From positions 1-64,000 of the IMG/VR virus record IMGVR_UViG_3300033463_000072: 64,000 nt of DNA, one strand, 5' to 3'. Each line of letters opens with the position of its first letter. The first letter of the stretch is position 1. The DNA is from a virus (lineage: Duplodnaviria; Caudoviricetes). A model generated the notes under the pieces. The model worked only from the letters and a program-made list of their open reading frames with translations, did no database searches and had not been told where the DNA came from. A program made the translations under genes and the position numbers. This document shows positions 38,204-49,378 of this stretch, piece after piece.

Positions 38204-39409
38204 TCACCATAGAGGCTTTATTTTAATAGTCTTCGTGTATGTAACTCCATTGTAAGAAGCCTATAAAATAATATCTCCAAGTTTATTTTTTGCATTAGCA
38301 TGTATTACACATTCATTAGTTTTAGTCTCACTTATCACCGCAAGCTGAGTATCCACTAATGTAAACTCAACTGTACCTAATATTGCGCTTGTACCATTTA
38401 AAGTATAAGTACAATATCTATCTAATTTAATTTCATCCGGACCATCGATATAAGCAGAGAACTCAATATTAGGAGTATTGATTAAAACCTCATACTCTTT
38501 AGTTACAGCCGCTCTACCACGAAGGCGCATAACGAAAGTTAACTTACCAGGTGCAATTGCGCGCCAATGATCATCACTTTCATCTTTCTCAACTAATGAA
38601 GTGTCAGTAGGAATTAGTTCGATTTCCCATTCATTTAAGGTACCCGCCTCAAACTGTGGAACAATCTTATCTCCTACGGTATATAAAGGTTGTAATGTAG
38701 GGAATTTCCAACGGTCAGTATCTGCGACATCAATGTCACGGTCATCATACTGATAATTAACTTTACTTTCTGTTAAAGACATATAAATAATACCTTCAAC
38801 GCTAGTCCAGTCACATTCAATGACAAGCCATCCTTCATTTTCAATAATAAAGGTAATGCCGCGCATTAACTCGTCTTTATCTGTCCCTTCGAGAACCGGC
38901 CGCGGCATAATAATTTCTGCAAACTTATTAGGCTGTGGAGAAATCAAGCTATGCCACATTCTGAAATTACCCTTAACTTTATCATCTGTGGAACTTACTG
39001 CATAAGCCCAAGACTTACGTAAATAACCTTCTGCATCAATCCATTTCAATTCATAATTGCATTTAATGATTTGAAATGTCTGATATGTGCCATGTACTTT
39101 ATGTATTTGCTGTAATAGAATCCACTTCTCAATGGTTCCATTATCTTGTTTCCATGTCAATATATCTCCTACTTTAATAGGAATGTCATTTGCGACATAT
39201 AAATACATTAACTTCTTTTCTTCCTTATCCTTACTGGTTTCAATTATACCGCTAAAATAAAAGCCACGTTCAACGGATAAGTCGGTTACTGTAAACGGAG
39301 ATTGTGCAAGCCATTTTTCAAAGGCTACAATTCCGCTATTCTTTATACGCTCAGCTGTAGTTGTTCCAAAATGATTAACACGGGAAAAATATACGTCAAG
39401 ATAATTCAT
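38204..39409 (-). CDS. head-closure/stopper-like protein with C-terminal Ig-like region (401 aa, TAG at 38261)
   Basis: Position after adaptor; read-through adds ASYNGVTYTKTIKIKPLW ending at TGA. Confidence 0.6.
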
Positions 39410-39659
39410 CTGGAATACTTAACCCATTGACTAAGTTAATGCACTCAAAAATATTCTTTCTGAAATGCTCATAAGAAAGATAGCGTAATAACACCAACTT
39501 TCCTAATAATGGCCACCAATTGATTGAATTGGCGCCCAATCCCATCAATTCAATAATAATTGAATCAAGGAACTTTTCCCATTCTCCGTCTTTTTCGCGC
39601 TCACATAATAGCCCATATAAGCGACCTTTTAGCTTATTCTTATAGCCGTCAAAGGTCAC
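39396..39659 (-). CDS. hypothetical protein (start uncertain)
   Basis: Protein-like C-terminal part of ORF 39396..39776; upstream part overlaps adaptor gene. Confidence 0.55.
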   Translation of the reverse strand: MTFDGYKNKLKGRLYGLLCEREKDGEWEKFLDSIIIELMGLGANSINWWPLLGKLVLLRYLSYEHFRKNIFECINLVNGLSIPDELS

Positions 39660-39660
39660 T

Positions 39661-40146
39661 TCAGTTAGAGCGTCTTTTCCCTGCCAGTTTTCTGAATATC
39701 TCTGAAGGGGTTTTTCCACGCGATCTATCATATATATCCTATTGTTCTTCGACCTCTCGTTTAACATTAAACTCAAGATCGTTTAATTTATCTAAATGAT
39801 TCGCGGCGGAGAAATCTTTGGATGTATACAGCTGTCCAATATGTTCCCAACTTGCTACACAACGCTTAATCCATTCATGCTTCATATACATCGCTAAAAG
39901 CTGAATTTCATCGTTGGACAAGTCTTCTTTGAACTAATATATTTTAAGTTGAGGAGCATCTTCTGCGGTATCTGACGCTTCCTCAAAATCTAAACTCACA
40001 CGAGGATATTTAAACCGAGCAATGGCCATTTTGAGAAGTTCTTGCCAATCTCGTTCCACGATAGCTAACTCTTCTTCTAATGTCCACTCGTCCGCGGTTA
40101 TGCGTGCGAGAAATGCGTCATAAACTTTTAAGAAGGGCGTTGCCAT
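39661..40146 (-). CDS. head-tail adaptor/connector (161 aa, 2 TAG)
   Basis: Fragments 39934 and 39739 joined by TAG; TPFLKVYDAFL, LSNDEIQLLAMYM..EW, DFSAANHL. Confidence 0.7.
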
Positions 40147-40152
40147 TTATCA

Positions 40153-40590
40153 TCACTTCTCTTCTGCTTCGTGATTCTTCGCAATAGCATCGATAACATC
40201 AACGTTGCAGTATTTCTTAATTAAGGCCACAATACCGGCATTGGTAATTTTCTGCTCAACAGCGATAGTTACTGCGCTTTCCTTCTCAGAATCAGTTGCC
40301 TTTACAATAAATCTAGAGAACGCATTAATATCATTATCTTTGAGCATCTTCGCAATTTCGGTTGCGGGAAACACTTCACCAACCTCAGAAACCTGCTGTC
40401 CTTCATCAACACCCTCAACAACGAGATAGTGTCCATTAACAAGAGCCATAAATCCTGCGTCAAAAGTTAATTCCTCATACTCTTCCTGAGATACTGGAAT
40501 TGCGCGGCCAGGAATTAGTTCACGGTTTAGTCTGATCGTTGGTACATATAGAGATACTAACGAAGTGCTTACATTTTTAATTTTAATCAT
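40153..40590 (-). CDS. head-associated hypothetical protein
   Basis: 145-aa ORF after capsid, AAGGAGG RBS. Confidence 0.7.
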   Translation of the reverse strand: MIKIKNVSTSLVSLYVPTIRLNRELIPGRAIPVSQEEYEELTFDAGFMALVNGHYLVVEGVDEGQQVSEVGEVFPATEIAKMLKDNDINAFSRFIVKATDSEKESAVTIAVEQKITNAGIVALIKKYCNVDVIDAIAKNHEAEEK

Positions 40591-40619
40591 ACGAATTTCC
40601 TCCTTTTAACTCCAAGATC

Positions 40620-40644
40620 GGGAGGGGAGATATACTCCCCTCCC
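40620..40644 (-). terminator. hairpin after major capsid gene (terminator or stabiliser)
   Basis: GGGAGGGGAG-loop-CTCCCCTCCC; no clear T-tract. Confidence 0.5.
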
Positions 40645-40655
40645 AATATATTCAA

Positions 40656-41789
40656 TTAAGAATTAGTGTCACCATTGTCGAGGGTTGGTACTAGAGCCTG
40701 GTTATAAGCAGCCCAGCCGCTTCCTTCGTCTAGAGCACTATTGTAATAGATGCCCCAGTAGTTAGGAGTGGTGAATAGACCAACACCGACCTTTACGTAG
40801 AACTGTAGATCGAAGGAGTTGTCGCCAGGATGTAAGTCAGAACCACGTTCGAATACCTGTGGAGATCCTTCGAAAGCCATCTTGATGATCTTTTCCTTAC
40901 CAGCTGGTAAGACATAAGCGAAAGATGGGTTGAACATTAACTTGGTGTTCTTTTCATCGGTGAAGGACTGAGGCATTACAACAACAGGAACGCCCTGGAA
41001 CTTGCCGATGTAGCCGCGCTCACGGATCTCGATCATATCCTGGTCAGAGATCTTGGTGGTTGCATTGTAAACAATAGCGTTTACCATTTCCGCCGCGAAC
41101 TCAGGAGTGCAGTAGATGATTGGAGAACCATATGGAGCAACGGTGTTGCAAAGTTTCTTCATAGCAACAGGATTGAAAGCGTTAGCCGCAACCTTGTTAC
41201 GAGCTGGACGTCCAGCAGCGTTCCAAGAAGCGAGTAAGCATTCCTGTACCATTTCGAATAAGCGATCTACGATACCTTCCTGGATTACTTCGTAGATGTC
41301 GGTCATGGACTCAAGACCATCGAGATAGCGCTCGAAGTCTACGTATCCAGCGCCACCGATAGCCTGGATATATAAGTCGAAACGATCACGGTCGAGACGG
41401 AAGGTCTCATAGTTACCGGATTCGGTTGCACGAGTAACGAACTGCTTACCACGAATCTTACCGCGGGTTACAGTGAACTCTGGGCGCTGACCCTGTGCAT
41501 AGTATTTAACTTCAACGAACATATCGAGTGCGCTCTTTACGTTCTGAGGAAGCATTTCTTCGAGGTTTTCCTCTAAGAGTTCGAATAGCTGATTCTTGTT
41601 CTCTTCGAATGCATGGCGATTGAACTCCATCGCGCCAGTCTTACGATTGGGTCTGCAAACTAACTTTGCAATTTCATCGTGTAGCGCGGTTTCATAATCG
41701 AAATCTTCAGCAGAATATTCTGCAGGAACGGCACGACCAAATACGCCGTTCATCAAAACCTTTAGCTTATCCATAAGTCGCACCTCCAT
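40656..41789 (-). CDS. major capsid protein (HK97-like, SPbeta-type)
   Basis: 377 aa; position after scaffold/decoration; GYIGKFQGVPVVVMPQ; highly biased codons; no TAG. Confidence 0.85.
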   Translation of the reverse strand: MEVRLMDKLKVLMNGVFGRAVPAEYSAEDFDYETALHDEIAKLVCRPNRKTGAMEFNRHAFEENKNQLFELLEENLEEMLPQNVKSALDMFVEVKYYAQGQRPEFTVTRGKIRGKQFVTRATESGNYETFRLDRDRFDLYIQAIGGAGYVDFERYLDGLESMTDIYEVIQEGIVDRLFEMVQECLLASWNAAGRPARNKVAANAFNPVAMKKLCNTVAPYGSPIIYCTPEFAAEMVNAIVYNATTKISDQDMIEIRERGYIGKFQGVPVVVMPQSFTDEKNTKLMFNPSFAYVLPAGKEKIIKMAFEGSPQVFERGSDLHPGDNSFDLQFYVKVGVGLFTTPNYWGIYYNSALDEGSGWAAYNQALVPTLDNGDTNS

Positions 41790-42418
41790 TATAGTCTAAT
41801 AATCTGATACTTAACGCCGAGACCGCCGTTAGGAATCGTGTAGAATTTAGTGATCTTTCCGTAGATGCCGGAGCCAGGAATTGCCTTTACGATAGCAGGA
41901 ACTGCTTTTGCAGAAGCCGCTGCCGCATCAGAAGCATTGCCAGGTACGACATATAGAGGAGTATTCTCGAGATCTTCGAGAGCCGCGATTAGAGCAGCGT
42001 CATTAGCGAAAACAGCGGTACTATACTGTAAGCAGTTAGTAGTTACTGTGTCGCCTACACCAAGGATACCTACGCGAGGATAATCGCCCGCAATCTTGCG
42101 GCCAAAACGCTGTAGGCCCATGTGCATTTTGTCATATTCTTTTTCAGTGGTATATACGATACCAATTGGAGCGTCGGTTGCAGCAGCAGGTGGATTGATA
42201 GCACCAGCAGCTTTGTCAGCAACAACCCACATACCATTCTCACAAGGAGCGGTTCTGGTGAAAGCAGCTCCGAGAGGAGTCTGAGAAACTACCATACCAG
42301 TCTTTGGGAATGCTACCTGGTTTAGTTCTAGGCTGGCGTATAGCTTTTCATCGGGATCACGATGCTGAGCAACTAGATCGCCTTCGACATTAGTAATAGG
42401 AAATCTATTGTATGCCAT
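41789..42418 (-). CDS. capsid decoration/cement-like protein
   Basis: LELNQVAF, CENGM, PRVG..GVGD.VTTN; between scaffold and capsid genes. Confidence 0.65.
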   Translation of the reverse strand: MAYNRFPITNVEGDLVAQHRDPDEKLYASLELNQVAFPKTGMVVSQTPLGAAFTRTAPCENGMWVVADKAAGAINPPAAATDAPIGIVYTTEKEYDKMHMGLQRFGRKIAGDYPRVGILGVGDTVTTNCLQYSTAVFANDAALIAALEDLENTPLYVVPGNASDAAAASAKAVPAIVKAIPGSGIYGKITKFYTIPNGGLGVKYQIIRL

Positions 42419-42431
42419 AAGTTATTCCTCC

Positions 42432-43769
42432 TTAATTCTTGCGGTACTTTTCCATGAAAGCCGCGAATTCGTCAACAACGGGTTCTGGTAGTGGAACTAC
42501 TTGGTTATTAGCACTGCCAGCCATATGTTTCTTAGCGTAGCAAACAGCTAGTTTGCCTTCCAACTCGTTTAGAGAGAAATTATTCATCTCAGCACGGATT
42601 GGGCTAACTTCTTCCTCACCTAAATCAGCAGCATACTGATCGATTAAGGAATTTTTCTTTTCTACTTCTAAACGAGCACGCTCCGCTTCATAAGTAGCAA
42701 TCTCATTACGTAAACTAGTTTCAAGCTCAAACGCGGATGATATTTGTGCTTCAAGTTCGGCAATGCGATTACGAGCATTCTCATAATTAGTAGTCATTTC
42801 ATTGAGTTGATTCTGAAGTTCAGCAATCTGCGCTTCAAAATCTACGGCAGGTTCTGTGTCTGCCGCAGGTTCAGGCTCCGCACCAGCAGGTTCATCTTCT
42901 TGAGGTTCTACCTGTGGTTCAGCCGCAGGCTCTACTGCTGGTTCCGCAGCGGGTTCCGCCACAGGTTCAGCCGCAGGTTCTGCAACTGGTTCTACGGCTG
43001 GTTCAGCCGCAGGTTCAACTGGAGCTACTGGCTCCTGAGCAGCAGGTTCTTGTTCGAAAGCCTGCGCAGGAGTGGGTTCATTTACTTCGGGATTCATTCC
43101 ATTTTGCATTTGATGTTCCCCTCCTTCGATTGGTTGTTTTTCAGCCTCTTCAACCTTAGCTTTCAAATCAGCCAATAGAGAAGAGAACTTTTCATATTGA
43201 GAAGTGTATGCATCATCATTCTTACTAAAGAACGCTGATACGGAAAAACATGGTTCATGATTACCAATAATACATAGCCCCATGATTTTTGCTTTTGTAT
43301 AAACAAAATATTCTTTGTTATCGATAGTCGCCCAATCGCCTTCGATTGAACTAATATCGAGTTCCATTGATTGATTTTGTCCTACAACAAAATTAGCAGC
43401 ATCAAAATAAGTAGTGAATAGCGCAACAGAGAATACCGCATAATCACGTGTTATACCATCGCTATCCTGGAATGGTTGCCATCCTTCGAAACCTTCTACA
43501 TAACCGTAACCATTAGCAACTGTCGGCCCTGTATGACCTGCCCATGTTTTGGTTTCTTTATCGAAGAATCCAACTACCGGAGTCGGATAGGTTAAAATAC
43601 CATTGATTAGCATATCCGCTACGCCGTCTGTAATATAGGAACCGTTGCGATTTCCATACTTTGTAAATACACCAACTTTTAAACGATTAACATCGTTAGT
43701 TGGAGTTATAGGCTGGGGAGGAGCCATTATAACAACATTGTCAAAATAAATTGGAATGTCTTTTTTCAT
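42432..43769 (-). CDS. prohead protease/scaffolding protein
   Basis: QSMEL, GLCIIG.HEPCF N-terminal domain, PAAEP repeats, coiled-coil C-terminus. Confidence 0.75.
   Translation of the reverse strand: MKKDIPIYFDNVVIMAPPQPITPTNDVNRLKVGVFTKYGNRNGSYITDGVADMLINGILTYPTPVVGFFDKETKTWAGHTGPTVANGYGYVEGFEGWQPFQDSDGITRDYAVFSVALFTTYFDAANFVVGQNQSMELDISSIEGDWATIDNKEYFVYTKAKIMGLCIIGNHEPCFSVSAFFSKNDDAYTSQYEKFSSLLADLKAKVEEAEKQPIEGGEHQMQNGMNPEVNEPTPAQAFEQEPAAQEPVAPVEPAAEPAVEPVAEPAAEPVAEPAAEPAVEPAAEPQVEPQEDEPAGAEPEPAADTEPAVDFEAQIAELQNQLNEMTTNYENARNRIAELEAQISSAFELETSLRNEIATYEAERARLEVEKKNSLIDQYAADLGEEEVSPIRAEMNNFSLNELEGKLAVCYAKKHMAGSANNQVVPLPEPVVDEFAAFMEKYRKN
42860..43065 (-). repeat. tandem 12-bp coding repeats (PAAE/PVAE/PAVE)
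   Basis: GGTTCAGCCGCA-like units repeated; protein PAAEPAVEPVAEPAAEP. Confidence 0.85.
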
Positions 43770-43781
43770 AATATCCCTCCC

Positions 43782-45326
43782 TTATCCCATCGCCGCAATA
43801 TTAGCTTGCGTTTTTTCGGATTTATCTTCATCTGCTAATTCGGGTCTTCCGCCCTTATTAGTTATGTCTTTTACCTACAGTGATGTACTACTATTTTTTT
43901 TCTGTGAATTATTTTTTTTATCAGAATTTTCGTCGCCACTCTGTGTGTAAGACGATAGTAGTGGAATCATCATTTCATCAAGATTTAGGAGATTGTTTTC
44001 AAAGTCTATCATGCTAATAAGGTTACGCTGCTTAACACCCATTGCTACACCAGCGCGCATCTTAGAATAACCAAACTGTGCGCCAGATAGATATTGCGCT
44101 TGATATTCTTTAATATTGAAAACAGTAGTAGGTAGAATTTCAAAATCGAAAATTAAGCCGGTACGAGTAAAACGCTGATTGATTAGGAAACGAATCCAGG
44201 TATCATATTGGCTAAGGTAAAGCCGCATAATACTTTCGAGACGCTTAATAACATATGCAAGAGAAGAACTATTTTCAGCATTGAATAATAGTTGGCTGGT
44301 GCCCAATGCTTCCCAAGCATTGTTATTATATTTCTCTAATCTGTTATTCGCGGAAGAAGCCGCAGAATTTTCTTGTAAGTTCTCTAAAGAAGTATCACCG
44401 AAGGTAGTTAATACATCAACAGTATCTAAGTCTTTTAACATATTAGCTACGCCTGCGTGAATTTGTTCAACTTCGTCTAATTCAAATACCAAGTGTCCAT
44501 CACTGTCAATTGGCATTTTCTGAATCAATAACTTATACAATTCATTTTCATCGCGCTTTTCTTCACGTCCAACCGCGTCTTTCAACTTGGCTAATTCCGG
44601 AATGGAAGCTATAAATAGTGGAGTCTGGTCTTCTGCAAAACAGAAAACTACCCCGCCGGCACTTGCTGGGATCATAACCCAAGGATTTTGTAAAGTCTTA
44701 TTTTTCCACTTTCGCCAAGCAATTTGAACTGCTTCTGGGAAATTTAAGACCGCCGCGTCACGCAACTTTTCATCCATATACGTATTAGTAAAGTACGTAA
44801 TATTAAATTCCAAAACATTTAAGTTATTAAAATCTTTAAAGCGTGTACGGCAATAGGTTATAGGCAAGTCCTGTACGACCACCTTGTCACCTAGTTCTTG
44901 CAGAATACCAAAATATATCCCGGTCTTTAACCATTCACGAGTAATTCGAGATAAGGTATTTTTTACATCTAAGGCTTCAACAAAACTACAAGCATTGTAA
45001 AATGCTTTAATCATCTATGCTTTAGAACCTTTATCTAGATCATAAATAGGAGTGACTATTGTATCATATAGAGGTAAAGCCGCAAGGAAGTCTACGTTAT
45101 TACGGTAGCGAGCATTTGTTCTATAATAATATCGTGATAGTTCACGAATTGCACCGATGTCGCCAGAACTGATAATATCTTCAATTTCGGCCAGAGAGAA
45201 ATCTCTGCGGGACACGCCGCTTATACGACGGCTACCCCATCGGGTAGTACGCTCATTGGAATCCATAGGTACGTAATTAATACGAAACTAGGATTTCTGG
45301 AACATAGAAGCAAAATCCTAACCCAT
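43782..45326 (-). CDS. portal protein (514 aa, TAG at codons 3 and 13 and later)
   Basis: RBS AGGAGGTGA, ATG GGT TAG; fragments 45015 and 43875 joined by TAG; C-terminal GRPELADEDKSEKT. Confidence 0.85.
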
Positions 45327-45331
45327 AAAAT

Positions 45332-47110
45332 TCACCTCCTAATCTTAGGGGTGTAAAAACCGTACTAACCAATATTCTTTTTTTTCTTTTTAAAAATTTC
45401 TTTATCTTCGTAATACTTGATTCTATATAGGCCGTATGATAGACTGGAGAAACGGTCCTTCTCAAGGGAACGAGAAATACGTTCAACCTTATACTTGTTC
45501 TCAATGCCTGTAGGCTTAATCCGCAAGTTGTTCAATTCGTCCATCAATCTTGAAGTCATTTCATATGGAAGTAAGAAAACTCTTCTATCATACGCAGTCA
45601 TTTTCTGACCTTTCTTAGTTTTCATTAACTTCTCTTTAACAATTCTCTCATGCGCCAAGAATGAAGTAGAACCATTATTTATAGCAGACAAGAACGCAGA
45701 GTTAATTTCGTCTTCATTTGAAGCTGATGCTTTAATGTCATAAATAATGGCATTATAGCGTGGTTCTGGTTCATCTTTTGGTTCGTGTAAGTCCGGCGGC
45801 AGGTGATGGTCATTGTTAAAGACGTAATAAGCTGGGAATTGCTCACCAGTGTTTTTATCATAGGACGGCAATACCATAGCATCGAGCAGACCGATACCAG
45901 GACCGTTACCATCGATTACGACCTCACGTGGCTGATATATCTGAATCAATTTCTTAAGTCGTGGTGCTTGCTCTGTAATGTAGTTCGCGCCATTAATAAC
46001 TTCAGTATATACGACATTTTTCTTGAAACGCTGCGCCCCGGGTAGCACCTTAATAACCATTATAGCGGTGTTTGCGCTATAACGGCCAATGTCGGCCGCA
46101 AGCAGATACCATGCATTAGGATTCTGCGGCGAGTACGTAGCTTTTCTTTCGCATTTCAATAATGAACGGTGTCTATTGAGTCGGCGCGAATCAAGCCATG
46201 CTTCATCACTATTACCTGTCCATATTGATAAGTTTTCACGAGCGAAGGAGTCTTCGCTAACAGTATTTGAATAACGTTGGTCTAACATCATGTCTTTATC
46301 AATTAAGCCATAATGTAGTGGAACTTCGTAGGAAAGTCCCCAGCAAAAATAGGTGTCCGGCCGCAATACGGCATTAACGGCTATTTCTATTAAACGACCA
46401 TACATAAATTTGGTACGGTCAGAAGCAGTAGTAATGAAAGTCTGTGGAGAAGAAGGTTCATCGAGATTTAAAGTACCATCTACTTCACGGCGCTTAACGT
46501 TAAGCTGTGGCTGAAGAACTTCAACATATGCTTCTTCACTAATAAGGGCGCACTCTTCAAGGATTGCCGCAGTAGCACGAAGACCACGAGAAGTATCTTT
46601 TGCAACAACAGTAATTGAACTACCATTCTTAAATTTCAATTCATAGTAGTTATTACTTGATTTCTTACCACTTTCACCATCATCGCCTCTTGTTTTAAGT
46701 TCTCTCTCAAGAAGAGGCCAGTGACGGAAGAATTGCTCAAACTTATCTTTCGCAATATTAATAACCGTACCCTTAACATCGGATGCAATCATTATAGAAG
46801 AACGTGGTAATAGTACTGCACGTACAAGCGCGCATAAATAAGCTGTGAATGACTTAGATGTTGCACGGGTTGCTGTCCAGAAATGATAACGATAACGCAT
46901 GGATGCCCGCAATGAGATACGCTGAAACGGCATCAAATGGAAGTTTTTTGCATCTTCAGAATCCTGTATAGCATCTAAGAATAGGTCCGGATACAATATC
47001 CAAAGATTCAAATACTTCGTAAATAGCTCTTGATTTGCATCAAGAAATTCTTTGGTTAATGTAATACCTTTCTCAATCGGTATTCCATCACGCATCATGA
47101 CTTCACTCAT
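45332..47110 (-). CDS. terL: terminase large subunit (592 aa, one TAG near C-terminus)
   Basis: ATRATSKS Walker A, RGLRATAAILEE Walker B, ADIG nuclease, KDRFSSLSYG. Confidence 0.92.
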
Positions 47111-48059
47111 CGAATGCATCACCATCGCTTAACAATTCTTGATTCAATTCTGCCGATCCTTCATACTCAATATCCGCGGTTTCATCCATATCAACTTTCT
47201 CGTTTTCAATTTCTTCTAAGCGCTCTGTCATGTTATAACGTTCACGTTTATCTTCAACTTGCTCTGCAAAGTTACCTTCATTCATTACTAATCTCTTTAA
47301 GTAGTTCTGAATGTTCTCCATCATAAAGTCAACCGAGTCTTGCGGCTCAGTATGCCAGTTTGGATGCCATCCTTTCTTACCATAATAAACCATTAGTTCG
47401 CCAACGGATTCAAAGTCAGCCGCAGATTTAGCATTTGTAGCGGTAAAATTGTACGTCTTAACGATGTTATCAATTGAGTCCATAATCTTCTTAACATCGC
47501 CGCCCTCACGTAGAATCTTTTTCGCCGCAAGCTGTAACTCACAAAGGTCTCGCGCCTTTTCTTGAAGAATAGGCGTAGATACGTTTTGCGTGGCAACAAT
47601 CTTATTATAGAAATTATCAAGCCAGAGTAGTTCTTCGGGGCGATAAACCGCAGACCAAGTTTTCTTCAACTTCTTGAGTTTAGCATCTCCAAGAACTTTA
47701 ATCTCGTCATCGATTGTTCCTTCAGCACGTGCTTGGCGCCATCTTTCGCTTTCATCCATCCAGCGCAATTGTTCATAATGGTCATCATATAAGAGATTAA
47801 AGTATGCAGTCAAAGTATGGTCCTTATGTTGCTCATAAAGTTGTGTCCATTTGTTGAGGTCGAATGGCAAGTCCAACCACCGCATCAATCTATCAACTTC
47901 ACCTAAGTTGTCCTGCTTTATCATCGTTTCAAGGCACGGCGTACAAATATAGCATCGTCCACCTGGGAAGAATTTGGAAGGAGTTGACTGGAAGAACTCT
48001 AAAGGTTGCTCTCTCTTACATTTGAGACAGCGTTTGATCTTTTTTTCTGAGGTCTCCAT
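47103..48059 (-). CDS. putative terminase small subunit/packaging protein with N-terminal Zn finger
   Basis: CLKC..CTPC; directly upstream of terL; no TAG. Confidence 0.55.
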   Translation of the reverse strand: METSEKKIKRCLKCKREQPLEFFQSTPSKFFPGGRCYICTPCLETMIKQDNLGEVDRLMRWLDLPFDLNKWTQLYEQHKDHTLTAYFNLLYDDHYEQLRWMDESERWRQARAEGTIDDEIKVLGDAKLKKLKKTWSAVYRPEELLWLDNFYNKIVATQNVSTPILQEKARDLCELQLAAKKILREGGDVKKIMDSIDNIVKTYNFTATNAKSAADFESVGELMVYYGKKGWHPNWHTEPQDSVDFMMENIQNYLKRLVMNEGNFAEQVEDKRERYNMTERLEEIENEKVDMDETADIEYEGSAELNQELLSDGDAFDE

Positions 48060-49326
48060 CTTTATTGATCACTCCTCTTCTAATGCGGGATTCTTTGTCG
48101 CATTGCTTACACGTATTCGACAACTTATCCTTATGTGCATTATTCTTACTAAAGAATAGTAAGTCCATTGGCAGCATGCGGCCGCAATGTATACATTTTT
48201 TACATCCTTCCATCGGAGTTTCTTGCTCCAGCCGCATCATGCGGGCAACCTGGGCAATCTTTTTCGGTACTTCATTACTTACAATCGACACCAAGTAGTT
48301 TGGTGAATATTCCATCGCATACTTTGCGCGCATTTCATCCAAAATGTCCTCATATGCCATGCCCTTTTTCCGCAAGTCAATGAGGAACAGCCGCAATTCG
48401 CTAAAATTACATAACGATACGTAGCGGTCGAAGTCCCATAGAAGGGTGCGCCCATAGGTATCTAACTTATCTTTTAATGCATCATATAGGGTATAATAAT
48501 GATTAAGTAGTGCGCGAACATGTTTAGGGTTCTCCCAATCAAACGTATGCTCACATACCACCCACTTTATCTCTAAATTATCCCCCTCCCCCCTAGTCTC
48601 ATAATCCGCAAGATTCTTGGAAATGCGGCTAGTATAGGAGTGATTGACGCGATTTTCCCACTATTCCTTCGTTAACCAATAGAAGGAATCGCCGCACCAA
48701 TCATAGAATTGCGGTTTTGGGTGATCTAAGTTTTGGAAGTGCAACGTCGGTTTGTACGAATCTTTCAAGTAGTACTGATGCTTGCGAATATCAATGAGGT
48801 TATGCTTTAGTTGATAAACTCGGTAGGGATCCGTGACAAGAGTGTCTTTTTCGTTCGCGGCAACCTTGCCCTGCGCAACGTCCAACATTCTCTACCATCT
48901 ATCAATAATTTCCCACTATTCGATCATGCCGGGGACGTCACTATCGCCGGGGTCAATCATCTCACCCGTCGTCTTATCATAGCGAGGTCGCTTTATACAT
49001 GGTTTCGGCACAGTATAAGCATCGCGCTTGTAGGCGCTGCGCAACTGTTGCTCATCGAAACCCGGCACCTCCATCATTTCATCTAACGATTGTACCTTAT
49101 CATCTTTTGTCTTATAACTCTTATATCTCTTATCTTTATCAATTGTTTCGTTTCTCTAAATTGAATTCTTGCCTTCCTCGTCCTTGCCGTATAGGATATA
49201 GGAGGCCATTTGTTCGAGTTCGGTAGGCGAGGGATTGGTAGGTAGTTCGTCGAGGATTTCTTCCACGGCGGCAAGCCTATCAGTGTCACGCACTATCGAA
49301 AAATCAAGTGAGTATTTCTTTTTCAT
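48016..49326 (-). CDS. putative DNA-binding regulator (HTH-like + C-terminal Zn finger), 436 aa with 4 TAG
   Basis: RBS GGAGGTGA, ATG 49326; translated through 4 TAG into fragments 48661 and 48016; CIHC..CKQC. Confidence 0.7.
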
Positions 49327-49348
49327 GTGCTCACCTCCATCTGTTAAT

Positions 49349-49378
49349 ATTATAGCATGATTGGTTTTATTTTGTCAA
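49349..49378 (-). promoter_or_regulatory. sigmaA promoter of morphogenesis operon
   Basis: TTGACA-18-TATAAT with TG extension on - strand. Confidence 0.8.

Noticed and set aside
15679-49326. Decayed prophage or pseudogenised structural genes
   Set aside because: No frameshifts; interruptions checked are all TAG, never TAA/TGA; RBSs and lengths are intact.
12151-49326. Pyrrolysine explanation for in-frame TAG
   Set aside because: TAG is frequent in structural proteins in Gln-like contexts, and no pyl genes are seen.
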